Below, piece after piece: positions 8,083 through 17,164 of a stretch of DNA of 32,000 bases. Below the pieces are notes generated by a model that worked only from the letters and a program-made list of their open reading frames with translations, did not search any database and was not told the origin of the DNA. The position numbers and the translations under genes are program-made. Location of the stretch: positions 1,060,064 to 1,092,063 of the forward strand of contig NZ_JHUX01000003.1 in NCBI RefSeq assembly GCF_000619845.1, written 5' to 3'. Each line of letters opens with the position of its first letter. Positions within the stretch are counted from its first letter, which is position 1. The stretch is from Alkanindiges illinoisensis DSM 15370 (GTDB lineage: Bacteria > Pseudomonadota > Gammaproteobacteria > Pseudomonadales > Moraxellaceae).

Positions 8083-9075
8083 ATGACTAAACCCTGTTCT
8101 GGTGATACTGCCATTGAATTTGATAGCGGCGCTACCGCTTCCTTACCAGCTTCCAGTACAGCTGAAATGATACCGCAACTGCCTGATACCGCCATGGTGC
8201 ATATTCCTACCCGGGTTGCCATTGTTGGCGACAACCTTAAAATCCACCGTGCGCTGCCTTCCCGGCAAAAGCGCCTGATTGGTGCATGGTGCTTTCTGGA
8301 TCATGCGGGTCCCACTATTTTTAAGGAAGGTGAAGGTTTTAGTGTGGGACCACATCCACATATTGGGTTGCAAACCTTTACCTGGATGATTGAAGGGGAA
8401 ATTTACCACCAGGACAGTCTGGGCTACCAGCAGGTTATCCGTCCCAATGAAATCAACCTGATGACTGCCGGGCATGGCATATCGCATATTGAGCGTTCGC
8501 CTGAAGGTCATTCACCGCATTTGCATCTGGCCCAGTTATGGATTGCCCTGCCCAAAGCACAATGCGACATACCCCCATCATTTGAACATTATGAAAACCT
8601 GCCTGTGATAGAACAGGATCACTGCCGACTTACCTTGCTGGCAGGTGAATTTCTGGGCCAGACTTCGCCGGTAAAAGTTTATTCTGACATGATGGGCGTG
8701 GATATTCATGCGCTGGCCAATACCAGTACTGTCCTGTCGCTAAACCCGGACTATGAATACGGCATTTTGCTACTGCAAGGTGAACTCAGTGTTGAACAGG
8801 ACACGCTGGATACTGGCACCTTATTGTACTTTAAGCCCGGTCAGCAACAACTGCATCTGGAGCTAAACGCCAATACGCGTCTACTTCTGATTGGTGGTAA
8901 GCCTTTTGAGGAAGACATTATTATCTGGTGGAACTTTGTGGGCCGTAGTACAGAAGAAATCCAGCAGGCCGCCAGTGACTGGATCAACCAGACCCGTTTT
9001 GGTGAGGTTCAGGGCTTTGAACACGAACGCTTAACCGTTCCTGCCATTCCTGACAACCTTAAAGCTTCCCGATAA
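8083..9075 (+). CDS. Pirin family protein (bicupin)
   Basis: RBS aagga lies 8 nt upstream of the ATG. HPHIGLQTFTWMIEGEIYHQDSLG and MTAGHGISHIE are the pirin N-terminal cupin metal-site motifs. An N-terminal extension of about 40 aa precedes the conserved core. The alternative internal ATGs at 8167 and 8197 lack an RBS. Confidence 0.85.
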   Translation: MTKPCSGDTAIEFDSGATASLPASSTAEMIPQLPDTAMVHIPTRVAIVGDNLKIHRALPSRQKRLIGAWCFLDHAGPTIFKEGEGFSVGPHPHIGLQTFTWMIEGEIYHQDSLGYQQVIRPNEINLMTAGHGISHIERSPEGHSPHLHLAQLWIALPKAQCDIPPSFEHYENLPVIEQDHCRLTLLAGEFLGQTSPVKVYSDMMGVDIHALANTSTVLSLNPDYEYGILLLQGELSVEQDTLDTGTLLYFKPGQQQLHLELNANTRLLLIGGKPFEEDIIIWWNFVGRSTEEIQQAASDWINQTRFGEVQGFEHERLTVPAIPDNLKASR

Positions 9076-9122
9076 CGCATTCCCATCTGCACTTCCATTA
9101 AAAATCATCATAGAGAATCGCA

Positions 9123-9527
9123 ATGAAAACAATCGCCACAGCCACCACCCAAACCAGTAATGTCCACTATAAAACCAGTATACAGACTGGTGATTTTGCA
9201 TTGATTGCTGATGAACCCGTGCATGCAGGTGGCCAAAATGCAGGCCCTGCCCCTTATGATTATCTGTTGGCAGGTTTGGGTGCCTGCACCTCCATCACCC
9301 TGCAAATGTATGCCGAGCGCAAGGGCTGGAACCTTGGTGAATTAACCATTGAGCTTAACTTGCAAAAGGATAGCGAGGGCAACACGCACATTGAGCGGGT
9401 ATTGCATACCACGGAAATATTAAGCACTGAACAGCAGGAAAAACTGCTGGATATTGCTGGCAAAACACCAGTAACGAAAACCCTGCTACAGGGTGCAAGC
9501 ATTAACACCCAGTACGCAAACTCATAA
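9123..9527 (+). CDS. OsmC family protein (peroxiredoxin-like)
   Basis: GGQNAGPAPYDYLLAGLGACTSITLQMYAERKGW matches the OsmC/Ohr family core. The gene starts 47 bp after pirin on the same strand. Confidence 0.8.
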   Translation: MKTIATATTQTSNVHYKTSIQTGDFALIADEPVHAGGQNAGPAPYDYLLAGLGACTSITLQMYAERKGWNLGELTIELNLQKDSEGNTHIERVLHTTEILSTEQQEKLLDIAGKTPVTKTLLQGASINTQYANS

Positions 9528-9560
9528 ACAATAAAAGCGAAATAAGCCCGAGTAAAAAGT

Positions 9561-9929
9561 ATGACCTTACAGACTATTGTTCCCATTCTACGAATTTTTA
9601 ATGTGGAAAAAGCCAGCGAGTTTTATCTTGATTTTCTGGGTTTTCAGTTGGACTGGCAGCACCGCTTTGGTGATAACTATCCTCTATATTTGCAGGTTTC
9701 GAAGGACCAGTGCATTCTGCATTTATCAGAACATCATGGGGATGCCAGTCCCGGCAGTAGTATCCGTATTCATTGCACGGATATACAGCAATATCATCAG
9801 TTGCTACAAGCCAAAGACTACCAGTTTGCCAAGCCTGAAATTAATCAAACACCGTGGGATACTGAAGAATTTCAGCTTACTGATCCATTTTATAATCGGC
9901 TGGTATTTTGGCAGGATATAAGCAAGTAA
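9561..9929 (+). CDS. Glyoxalase/bleomycin-resistance (VOC) superfamily protein
   Basis: IVPILRIFNVEKASEFYLDFLGFQLDW...LHLSEHHGDASPGSSIRI resembles the small glyoxalase-superfamily/bleomycin-binding-like proteins. The gene starts 33 bp after the OsmC gene. Confidence 0.7.
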   Translation: MTLQTIVPILRIFNVEKASEFYLDFLGFQLDWQHRFGDNYPLYLQVSKDQCILHLSEHHGDASPGSSIRIHCTDIQQYHQLLQAKDYQFAKPEINQTPWDTEEFQLTDPFYNRLVFWQDISK

Positions 9930-10023
9930 AAATAAAATGAGTGATGGAATATTTTTAAGATGTTATCACGTTAGGCGATAAATGAATCTGTGCTGTCATC
10001 GTAGGCTAGTGACTGGCTCGAGA

Positions 10024-10179
10024 CTAGCTGGCAATACCCATGTGGCTTAGAATCATAAAACCCATGACCAGCCCGGCAGCCAGAAAAAACCACAGATAAC
10101 CTGCTTCCAGATTATTATTAGTGCGGCTTGCAACCTGTAAATGATATTCCATGATCCGGTGTATACGTCGGTTTTTCAT
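10024..10179 (-). CDS. Possible small membrane protein (51 aa from the ATG; the track ORF extends to a GTG at 10236)
   Basis: MKNRRIHRIMEYHLQ...GYLWFFLAAGLVMGFMILSHMGIAS has a basic N-terminus followed by one hydrophobic helix. A gggga sequence lies 4 nt upstream of the ATG at 10179. No recognisable family. Confidence 0.25.
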   Translation of the reverse strand: MKNRRIHRIMEYHLQVASRTNNNLEAGYLWFFLAAGLVMGFMILSHMGIAS

Positions 10180-10331
10180 AGCGTCCCCAGCTTTTATTGG
10201 CCAAAACGTCCTGCTTGGCTTTACATCATCAGTCACAAAACAGTCTGAATACGCACAATCTGGATTTTATGGCTAAAACCGCATTATTTGTGCATTAAGT
10301 CTCATTCTATCAACTTATCGTGAAATGTAAA

Positions 10332-11309
10332 TTACAAGTTCGGCCAAACGAAAGGGTTCACCATATAGGTCGGCTGTTTTCCATTCAATGCATTGGATAA
10401 GTTCTCAAATGCCAGATTATTCATGGCCTGACGGGTTTCGATGGTTGCCGAACCGATATGCGGTAGAGTAACCACATTGGGCATGGCAAATAGTGCTGAA
10501 TCCTGTAAAGGTTCCTTGCTATAAACATCCAGCCCGGCGGCCAGAATTTGCTGCTGATTCAGCGCATCTATCAGCGCCTGCTCATCAATTACCTGCCCGC
10601 GCGCTACATTAATTAAAATAGCCGACTTTTTCATTTGTGCCAGTTGTTCACACCCAATCAGGTGATAGGTATGCTCATTTAATGCCACATGCACTGACAC
10701 AAAATCTGACTGCTGCAATAGTTCATCCAGAGTACAACGCTGGGCGCCCAATTGCTGCTCCAGCTCTGGTTTGGCATGCTGGCTGTAATACAGCACGTTC
10801 ATATTAAAGCCAAAGCGCCCGCGTCGCGCCATGGCAGCACCAATATTGCCCAGCCCCACAATACCCAGCGTTTTACCATACACATCCACGCCATACTGGG
10901 CAGGCTGCACGGTTTTGCGCCAGTGACCCTGTTTGGCCCACTGGTCAAGCTCAGTCACTCGCCGGGCAGCTGCCATCAGCAAGGCAAATCCAAGGTCTGC
11001 GGTGGTTTCGGTTAAGACATCCGGCGTATTGGTGAGCAAAATGCCACGCTGATTTAGATAATCCACGTCATAATTATCAAAGCCTACCGAAATACTCGAA
11101 ATTACTTTCAGCTTATGAGCATATTGCAGGATTGATTCATCCAGCTTCCGGCCAGAGCCGATCATGCCATCAGCCTGCGGTAGCATGTCCTGAAACTGCG
11201 CCTCAAGATTGCCTGCCTTGGGATTAAGCAGCAACAGGTTAAAGTGTTTTTTAAGTTTTTCCTGAAGATCACTTGCCAAGCTGCTAAAGCCAATCACTGT
11301 GTTTTTCAT
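10332..11309 (-). CDS. ghrB: D-isomer-specific 2-hydroxyacid dehydrogenase (glyoxylate/hydroxypyruvate reductase B-like)
   Basis: NAD-binding motif GIVGLGNIGAAMARR. ARGQVIDEQALIDAL, AAGLDVYSKEP and PHIGSATIETR catalytic-domain motifs. Collinear with E. coli GhrB/TkrA as recalled. Confidence 0.8.
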   Translation of the reverse strand: MKNTVIGFSSLASDLQEKLKKHFNLLLLNPKAGNLEAQFQDMLPQADGMIGSGRKLDESILQYAHKLKVISSISVGFDNYDVDYLNQRGILLTNTPDVLTETTADLGFALLMAAARRVTELDQWAKQGHWRKTVQPAQYGVDVYGKTLGIVGLGNIGAAMARRGRFGFNMNVLYYSQHAKPELEQQLGAQRCTLDELLQQSDFVSVHVALNEHTYHLIGCEQLAQMKKSAILINVARGQVIDEQALIDALNQQQILAAGLDVYSKEPLQDSALFAMPNVVTLPHIGSATIETRQAMNNLAFENLSNALNGKQPTYMVNPFVWPNL

Positions 11310-11421
11310 GCGCTAAAACTCTGCCAACTGTTTTAAAAATGATGAAGCCTAACACGATTTATTATTTTGATTTTTAAAGCTTGTGTTAGCGTTTAATGCT
11401 TTTACATCAACTCGCTTTGTT

Positions 11422-12192
11422 TTATTGTGCCTTGAGCAAATGCCACAGTAGCCGTTTTTTTAGCGGCTGCTCAATCAGCTCGGATAAATGTGGCAGACGT
11501 TCAATCCGGTCAGGGCAAACCTCATCGGCCAGCTCGCTCATCAGGCCAACCCGCTTGTCCAAACCCAGCCTGAACAAGAAACCATTCAAGGCAGCTTTGG
11601 AACCTGTCATGCGCTGCCAGCGTTGCCCTTCAGACAAAGGCCATGAAAAATGGCTAAGCTCCGGCTGCTGGAATGCCAACAGGATATTTTTCCACAATGT
11701 ACTTAACTGCGGGTTTTGCAGATCTGCTTCATTCACCAACACAATCCACTGGTTAATTTCACAAGCCTGCAAGCGAAAACTATGCAGGTTTATCGTAGCA
11801 GTAGATTCCGCTTCAAAATGGCCAATATCCTGTATAGCATTATTTTCAGTAAGTTGATCAACCTGATCAGCCCTGCTCTTGGTCACCAGCTCAGACTGCA
11901 ATACTGCCGCTTGCACTGCTTCAGAATGATGATCCAGATTTGCTGTGGCCTGACCAACTCTGGATATAGGATTAATGTCAGCGAGGTTTCCAGACTGAGT
12001 AGAATGGTTGGTAGCTTCATTGAGGAGAGAATTTGCTACAGCTACTTCAGCATTATTAGGTGCTAATTCATCTGTTGCGTGACGCCATAATTGTACCGTT
12101 GGCGCAGATGCAGATTTTGTTGCAACAGCCCGGGGCACCCATTGACGGATGCCAAGCGCCGATAAAATAGCTCGCTGCCGGGCGTTATGCAT
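11422..12192 (-). CDS. Hypothetical protein, candidate divergent DNA polymerase III psi subunit (HolD-like)
   Basis: The start ATG directly abuts the leuA stop (TAAATG at 12195-12190). The N-terminus RQRAILSALGIRQWVPR resembles E. coli HolD RRDWQLQQLGITQWSLRRP. WIVLVNEADLQNPQLSTLWKNILLAF resembles VRLVMVANDLPALTDPLVSDVLRAL. The C-terminus LSELIEQPLKKRLLWHLL resembles LTDLRANPTARAALWQQI. A low-complexity insert of about 100 aa lies in between. Confidence 0.5.
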   Translation of the reverse strand: MHNARQRAILSALGIRQWVPRAVATKSASAPTVQLWRHATDELAPNNAEVAVANSLLNEATNHSTQSGNLADINPISRVGQATANLDHHSEAVQAAVLQSELVTKSRADQVDQLTENNAIQDIGHFEAESTATINLHSFRLQACEINQWIVLVNEADLQNPQLSTLWKNILLAFQQPELSHFSWPLSEGQRWQRMTGSKAALNGFLFRLGLDKRVGLMSELADEVCPDRIERLPHLSELIEQPLKKRLLWHLLKAQ

Positions 12193-13740
12193 TTACATGA
12201 CTTCTTCGGTTTGCGGATTGGCCTTGCCTTCGGTGGTTAGCCAATTCAGCGCATCCAGATAAGCCTTGGCACTGGCAATTACAATATCCGTATCAGCGCC
12301 CTGACCTGTAACAATCCGTCCATTCTGGTTCAGTCGCACAGCAACTTCTCCCTGACTGTCCGTGCCGCTGGTAATGGCATTCACCTGATACAGCTCAAGG
12401 CTGGAACCGGATTTTGCCAGTACTTCTATGGCCTTAAAGGTTGCATCCACCGGGCCAGAACCACTCTGGCTGACCGGCATGTCCTTGCCATTAATTTTAA
12501 GCACCAGATGCGCACGCGGGGTTTGGCCCGTTTTACTGGTCACTTCCAGCTCTACCAGTTCAAAACGCTTGATGACATCCGAACCCTGATGGCCTGCAAC
12601 CAGCGCATGTAAATCTTCATCAAAAATTTCGCTCTTACGGTCAGCCAGATCCTTAAACCGTGCAAACAGCTCATTAAGGTGCTCATCAGATTCAATGCCA
12701 ATGCCCAGTTCATCCAGACGCGCGCGAAATGCTGCACGGCCCGATAGCTTGCCCAGCGTCAGCTTATTGGTTTTCCAGCCCACATCTTCGGCACGCATGA
12801 TTTCATAGGTTTCACGGTGTTTTAAAATACCGTCCTGATGAATGCCTGATTCATGCGCAAAAGCATTAGCACCCACAATGGCCTTGTTGGGCTGCACCAC
12901 ATAACCGGTAATGGTCGATACCAGCCGCGAACTGGGCACAATTTCCTCGGTACGGATATTGGTCGTAACGTCATAAATATCACGGCGCACGCGGGTAGCC
13001 ATTACGATCTCTTCCAGCGCGGCATTGCCTGCCCGCTCACCCAGCCCGTTGATAGTACATTCTACCTGACGCGCGCCACCACGCACGGCTGCCAGTGAAT
13101 TGGCGACGGCCATGCCCAGGTCATTGTGACAGTGCGCCGACCAGATCACCTGATCCGAATTGGGCACTTGTTCCAGCAAGGTTTTAAAACGCTCATAAAT
13201 CAGCTCAGGCGTGGAATAGCCCACTGTATCCGGCACATTAATGGTTTTAGCACCCGCCTTAATCACTTCATCAAAAATCCGCACCAGAAATGGCACTTCG
13301 GAGCGAATGGCATCTTCGGCAGAAAATTCCACATCATCGGTATATTCACGTGCAATCTTGATCGCCTTAACCGCTGCTTCAATCACCTGATCTTCATTCA
13401 TCCGCAACTTGTACTGCATGTGAATGGGACTGGTTGCAATAAACGTATGCACACGCCCACGATTGGCAGCCTTAATGGCTTCACCGGCACGGCGGATGTC
13501 TTTTTCATTGGCACGTGCCAGTGAGCAAATGGTGGAATCCTTGATAATACTGGCAATGCTTGAAATGGCGTCAAAATCACCGGGACTGGCTGCGGCAAAA
13601 CCGGCTTCAATCACATCAACACCCAGACGCTCCAGTTGCCGTGCAACCCGGAGTTTTTCTTCCTTGGTCATGGCAGCACCGGGACTTTGTTCCCCGTCAC
13701 GCAAAGTGGTATCAAATATGATTAAACGGTTGCTAGTCAT
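12193..13740 (-). CDS. leuA: 2-isopropylmalate synthase
   Basis: [33 protein letters not shown] and HESGIHQDG motifs, plus the C-terminal LeuA dimerisation/regulatory domain. Full length is 515 aa. Confidence 0.95.
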   Translation of the reverse strand: MTSNRLIIFDTTLRDGEQSPGAAMTKEEKLRVARQLERLGVDVIEAGFAAASPGDFDAISSIASIIKDSTICSLARANEKDIRRAGEAIKAANRGRVHTFIATSPIHMQYKLRMNEDQVIEAAVKAIKIAREYTDDVEFSAEDAIRSEVPFLVRIFDEVIKAGAKTINVPDTVGYSTPELIYERFKTLLEQVPNSDQVIWSAHCHNDLGMAVANSLAAVRGGARQVECTINGLGERAGNAALEEIVMATRVRRDIYDVTTNIRTEEIVPSSRLVSTITGYVVQPNKAIVGANAFAHESGIHQDGILKHRETYEIMRAEDVGWKTNKLTLGKLSGRAAFRARLDELGIGIESDEHLNELFARFKDLADRKSEIFDEDLHALVAGHQGSDVIKRFELVELEVTSKTGQTPRAHLVLKINGKDMPVSQSGSGPVDATFKAIEVLAKSGSSLELYQVNAITSGTDSQGEVAVRLNQNGRIVTGQGADTDIVIASAKAYLDALNWLTTEGKANPQTEEVM

Positions 13741-13845
13741 GGCTACCTGTCCTTATTGATCAAAAACGCATGGGATGTGGCTAACGCAGCAACATCGCAA
13801 CTTAAAAAAGATGCTTATTGTATATTGATTTGCAGGGTTAAGCTT

Positions 13846-13876
13846 AAAAATTCAAGGATGAATCCTGATGAATTTC
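13846..13876 (-). terminator. Weak AT-rich hairpin plus T-run downstream of the M48 gene
   Basis: The minus-strand transcript reads aaattca-tc-aggat-tc-atcct-tgaattt followed by ttaag. It begins 5 bp after the M48 stop codon. Confidence 0.35.
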
Positions 13877-13880
13877 TGAC

Positions 13881-15806
13881 TTAGGTGCTGATCTCAAGGG
13901 CAATTTTTCTAGCGGTATAATCAGCCAGCGCTTTGGCTTCAAATCCCATTCGCCAGTAAAGCATATCCAGCACATCCTGTTCTTCCTGACTAATCACCGT
14001 ATCTGACCATAAACAGGTTTCGGCTGCCGCCAGAATATTCATGCGCTCACGCTTGAGCAGGCCAGCCAGCTGATGCAGCACCTGCCCAAGATTAACCGGG
14101 TCATCGGTGATCCGTTTCTTTTGCGCTTCATCAAACTGCCGTGCTGATAATATGGTTCTTAATACTCGAATGCGCGCCTGTGCAATTTGTTCAGGTTTCA
14201 ACTTTTGTACATGCAACAGCGCTTCTACCAGGAAAGTAATGGCTGGGCCACAATGATCCAGCGAAACTGGCACTACAGGCGGCAACTGGTTGAGCTTGGC
14301 TTTAACGCGCTCCAGCAATAGCACATCCAGTAAACCAATATGTCCATCCAGCTGGATAATCTCAGCCAGACGTGACAAGAACTGGCGTGCTGCACTAGCG
14401 GGTAATTCGCCTAACGCATCCACCCCTTGCAAAAAAATACTGGTATACAAGCGCGGGTCAAGCCTGGCCAGTGCCTCAACAATGGCACGGCTCACTTGCT
14501 GCTTTTCCGGCTCGCAGGCAATCTGCTGCCGTAAAGCCAGAATGGCCGCCAGCAGTTCGCGGCAACCTGCAGAGGTACTCAGTGCCCGCTTGATCACATC
14601 GGGCCGTGCGGCATTCTGGCGCATCTGCGGGTTTAAGGGCTTTACTGCATCCTTGATATTTACTGTAACCGGATGCAGGCGAACTGTGGGGAGCGGTAAT
14701 GGCGGATGCCATTCAATCGGCGCAACTTCCTGCTCCTGCTCCAGTGATAGCACTTCTTTTTGTACAGCCATCTCTGCCTCAATCTGGTCAACCTGCTTGC
14801 GTGCCAGAATACGCTCCTGCACCTTGGCGCGCCGTAATGCTGCTGGACTAATTTCACAAATTCGCTGATCAAGCTCAGGATGCGTGGCAAACAGGCTATT
14901 GCTATGCAGCGCCTGTCCAAAACAAAAATGGCTGATAGATTCGGTATAAACCCCATGTAACTGGGTGCCGATATGATGGGTACGAATTCTTAGCAAGGCC
15001 TGAAGCACGCCATTGGTGCGGGTAAACTGCATGCTGGAGGCATCGGCCAGAAACTCACGCTGGCGTAAAATGGCAAACTTGAGCAAACGGGCCATCAATA
15101 CACCTAGGCTACCAACCAGCCAGACCAGCCCGCCAATCGCAATAAACAGCGCATCCGCATGCCGGTTGCGTTGCACATGACGTTGCAGGGAAAATCCGGT
15201 CTGGGCAATCCAGCTTCCCAGTTGGCTCACTGTAAGCAGTCCGGCAACCCACGCAACCAGGCGTAAATTAAGCTGGGTATCACCATGGCGGATATGGCTA
15301 TATTCATGAGCAATTACGCCCTGTAGCTCATGGCGATCCAGTGTCTGTAGCATGCCCCAAGTCACCACCAATGCCATGTCCATCGCGCGGTAACCCGCCA
15401 CAAAGGCATTCACACCCAGCTCATCATCCAGCACATACAGTGCAGGCATGGGCACACTGGATGCTACCGACATTTCCTCAACCACATTTTTAAGCATGCG
15501 TTCTTCAGGCACTGTGGTTTCAAACTGGATACGGCGCGCACCCAGACGGCTGGCTAGTGCCCGTCCGCCCTCGCGTAAGCGATAGGCTTCCCAGAGCGAA
15601 CCGCCCAGAATCACTACCAGCATGCTGATAATAATCATGGGTGTGAGTGAATGCACAATCAATGAGCCAGATTGCTCAAAGGGATACAGCACCATGCCAA
15701 CCAGCAGGTTCATGACAAAAATGGTAAAGCCCACTGCCGATATAAACAGTATTAGCAATATCAGTGTGTAGCGCTTTGCCTGTTCCTGCCTGCCCCAGAA
15801 GTCCAC
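13881..15806 (-). CDS. Integral-membrane M48 (HtpX-like) zinc metalloprotease with a long uncharacterised C-terminal domain
   Basis: GTG start with agga 9 nt upstream. Two N-terminal TM helices. HEYSH zinc motif at 15294-15308. Two further TM helices, then REFLADA (third zinc-ligand region) and ATHPELDQRI. About 310 additional helical residues follow (13884-14819) with no family I recognise. Confidence 0.8.
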   Translation of the reverse strand: MDFWGRQEQAKRYTLILLILFISAVGFTIFVMNLLVGMVLYPFEQSGSLIVHSLTPMIIISMLVVILGGSLWEAYRLREGGRALASRLGARRIQFETTVPEERMLKNVVEEMSVASSVPMPALYVLDDELGVNAFVAGYRAMDMALVVTWGMLQTLDRHELQGVIAHEYSHIRHGDTQLNLRLVAWVAGLLTVSQLGSWIAQTGFSLQRHVQRNRHADALFIAIGGLVWLVGSLGVLMARLLKFAILRQREFLADASSMQFTRTNGVLQALLRIRTHHIGTQLHGVYTESISHFCFGQALHSNSLFATHPELDQRICEISPAALRRAKVQERILARKQVDQIEAEMAVQKEVLSLEQEQEVAPIEWHPPLPLPTVRLHPVTVNIKDAVKPLNPQMRQNAARPDVIKRALSTSAGCRELLAAILALRQQIACEPEKQQVSRAIVEALARLDPRLYTSIFLQGVDALGELPASAARQFLSRLAEIIQLDGHIGLLDVLLLERVKAKLNQLPPVVPVSLDHCGPAITFLVEALLHVQKLKPEQIAQARIRVLRTILSARQFDEAQKKRITDDPVNLGQVLHQLAGLLKRERMNILAAAETCLWSDTVISQEEQDVLDMLYWRMGFEAKALADYTARKIALEIST

Positions 15807-15874
15807 GTTATTATTCCTGTTCGTGTCGTTTAATAGCCCAGTTTAATGGCCTCAATCCAATGGTTGACAACAAC

Positions 15875-16471
15875 CTATAGACTAATGCGCGGTGAAGTGC
15901 GCACGGATTTAGGGTCATCCAGCACCAGCAGCTTCATCGGCTTAAAGCTAAATCCACCAGCAATAAAATTGCTGGGAAACATCTCACAGGCATTGTTGTA
16001 AAACATCACCTGATCATTATAGGCCTGCCGTGCAAAACCCACCCGGTTTTCAGTACTGCCCAGCTCTTCCATGAGTTCCTTGACCACGCTGTCAGCTTTA
16101 AGCTCGGGATACTGTTCCATCACCGCAGTAAATTGCGCAAGACTGTTGCCCAGGCGTTGCTCGGCCAGCCCGAGTTTTTCCACCAGTTCAGGCGATTGAT
16201 AAGTACCGCTGGCAGCCAGATTGCGCTGTGCCTGTACCGCAGCATCACGTGCCGCAATCACCCGTTCCAGCGTGTCTTTTTCATGGCTCATATAAGCACG
16301 GGTCGCTTCCACTAGATTGGGAATCAGGTCATGGCGGCGCTGTAACTGCACATCAATCTGGGAAAAACCATTGCGGGCCGCATTGCGCTTGGCAACCAGC
16401 CCGTTAAACAAACCAATAATATAAAATACGCCACTCAAGATGATGGCCAGAAAAATAATCCATCCCCACAT
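15875..16471 (-). CDS. lemA: LemA family protein
   Basis: RBS aaggag. N-terminal TM anchor MWGWIIFLAIILSGVFYIIGLFN, followed by LVAKRNAARNGFSQIDVQLQRRHDLIPNLVE...YPELKA...L..EL..TENR...AR..YN, the LemA signature. Confidence 0.88.
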   Translation of the reverse strand: MWGWIIFLAIILSGVFYIIGLFNGLVAKRNAARNGFSQIDVQLQRRHDLIPNLVEATRAYMSHEKDTLERVIAARDAAVQAQRNLAASGTYQSPELVEKLGLAEQRLGNSLAQFTAVMEQYPELKADSVVKELMEELGSTENRVGFARQAYNDQVMFYNNACEMFPSNFIAGGFSFKPMKLLVLDDPKSVRTSPRISL

Positions 16472-16561
16472 TGTATGAATCTCCTTCTCTTATTGTGTAA
16501 TCGGTTTTCCTATAATGCCATAAAAAATAGCTGGATAACGCACTTTTATATCTATAAGAAT

Positions 16562-16596
16562 AAACGGACTACTACCCTAGGCAATAGTCCGTTTTC
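16562..16596 (-). terminator. Hairpin between the DUF962 gene and lemA
   Basis: aaacggacta (16562-16571) pairs with tagtccgttt (16585-16594), a 10-bp stem. It is flanked by A/T runs on both sides and lies 47 bp downstream of the DUF962 stop. Confidence 0.5.
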
Positions 16597-16642
16597 TAAA
16601 AATGATCAGGCTAAATTGCAGTAGTAATACCTATGTCGCCAC

Positions 16643-17017
16643 TCAATTCACCTTGTCATACTTCTGGTGACGCAAGCTAACCCGACCACGGCATACGTCA
16701 CTGAGCATGCGCCAGTCAGACACAAAACTGTATAAAGGTTGCTTAAAAGAGGCTGGCTTGTTTTTTTCAAAGAAAAAATGCCCCACCCATGCACAGGCAT
16801 AGCCAGTCACAATGCCTTTTAACAAATAGCGCTTGCGACCTGTTTTAATGGTCTTATAAATCCCGTATAAACCAGCAATACTGCCTAGCGCGTGTAAGCG
16901 GCGGCTCATCACATTGCTATGTTCGGTCAGGTAAAACCGGTAAAACTCGCCATAGTTGCGAATTGGCATGGCTAATGGCTGATTTGGTGATTCTTTGGTT
17001 GAGACGGCTTGATTCAT
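16643..17017 (-). CDS. DUF962 (Mpo1-like) family membrane protein
   Basis: Strong RBS aaggag 8 nt upstream. FYRFYLTEHSNVMSRRLHALGS...GYACAWVGHFFFEKNKPASFKQPLYSFVSDWRM matches the short DUF962 proteins I recall. Confidence 0.75.
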   Translation of the reverse strand: MNQAVSTKESPNQPLAMPIRNYGEFYRFYLTEHSNVMSRRLHALGSIAGLYGIYKTIKTGRKRYLLKGIVTGYACAWVGHFFFEKNKPASFKQPLYSFVSDWRMLSDVCRGRVSLRHQKYDKVN

Positions 17018-17164
17018 TACTATACTCCTTCACTATACTGCCCGGGCTGTCTTTGAACAGACAGTCTTTGCGGCTCATATCTGACTGAACTCAATCTCAA
17101 TTAATAAGCTGGCTTCAAAATACGCAAGCGGCTGGCTTTAACTCCCTATAGTACAACTTGTGAT

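Noticed and set aside
9577-9921. 114-aa ORF in an alternative frame overlapping the VOC-fold gene
   Set aside because: It is on the same strand but out of frame with an ORF that has clear glyoxalase-fold motifs and a well-placed start. Its product is hydrophobic and low-complexity with no signature.
13781-13795. Mini-ORF ATG-TTG-CTG-CGT-TAG (MLLR) upstream of leuA as a leucine attenuation leader
   Set aside because: It has only two Leu codons. I could find no alternative terminator/antiterminator hairpins with a U-tract between it and leuA, so it is probably chance.
14290-14868. 192-aa plus-strand ORF inside the M48 protease gene
   Set aside because: It lies entirely antisense to a gene with clear catalytic motifs. 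Its product is Ser/Arg/Cys/Ala-rich and low-complexity with no motif or RBS, which is typical of an antisense shadow ORF.
583-15806. The two M48 proteases (583..2220 and 13881..15806) as duplicated paralogs of one system
   Set aside because: Their architectures differ completely: one is a periplasmic soluble TPR protease, the other a four-TM HtpX-like protease. They share only the HExxH region, so they are independent genes.
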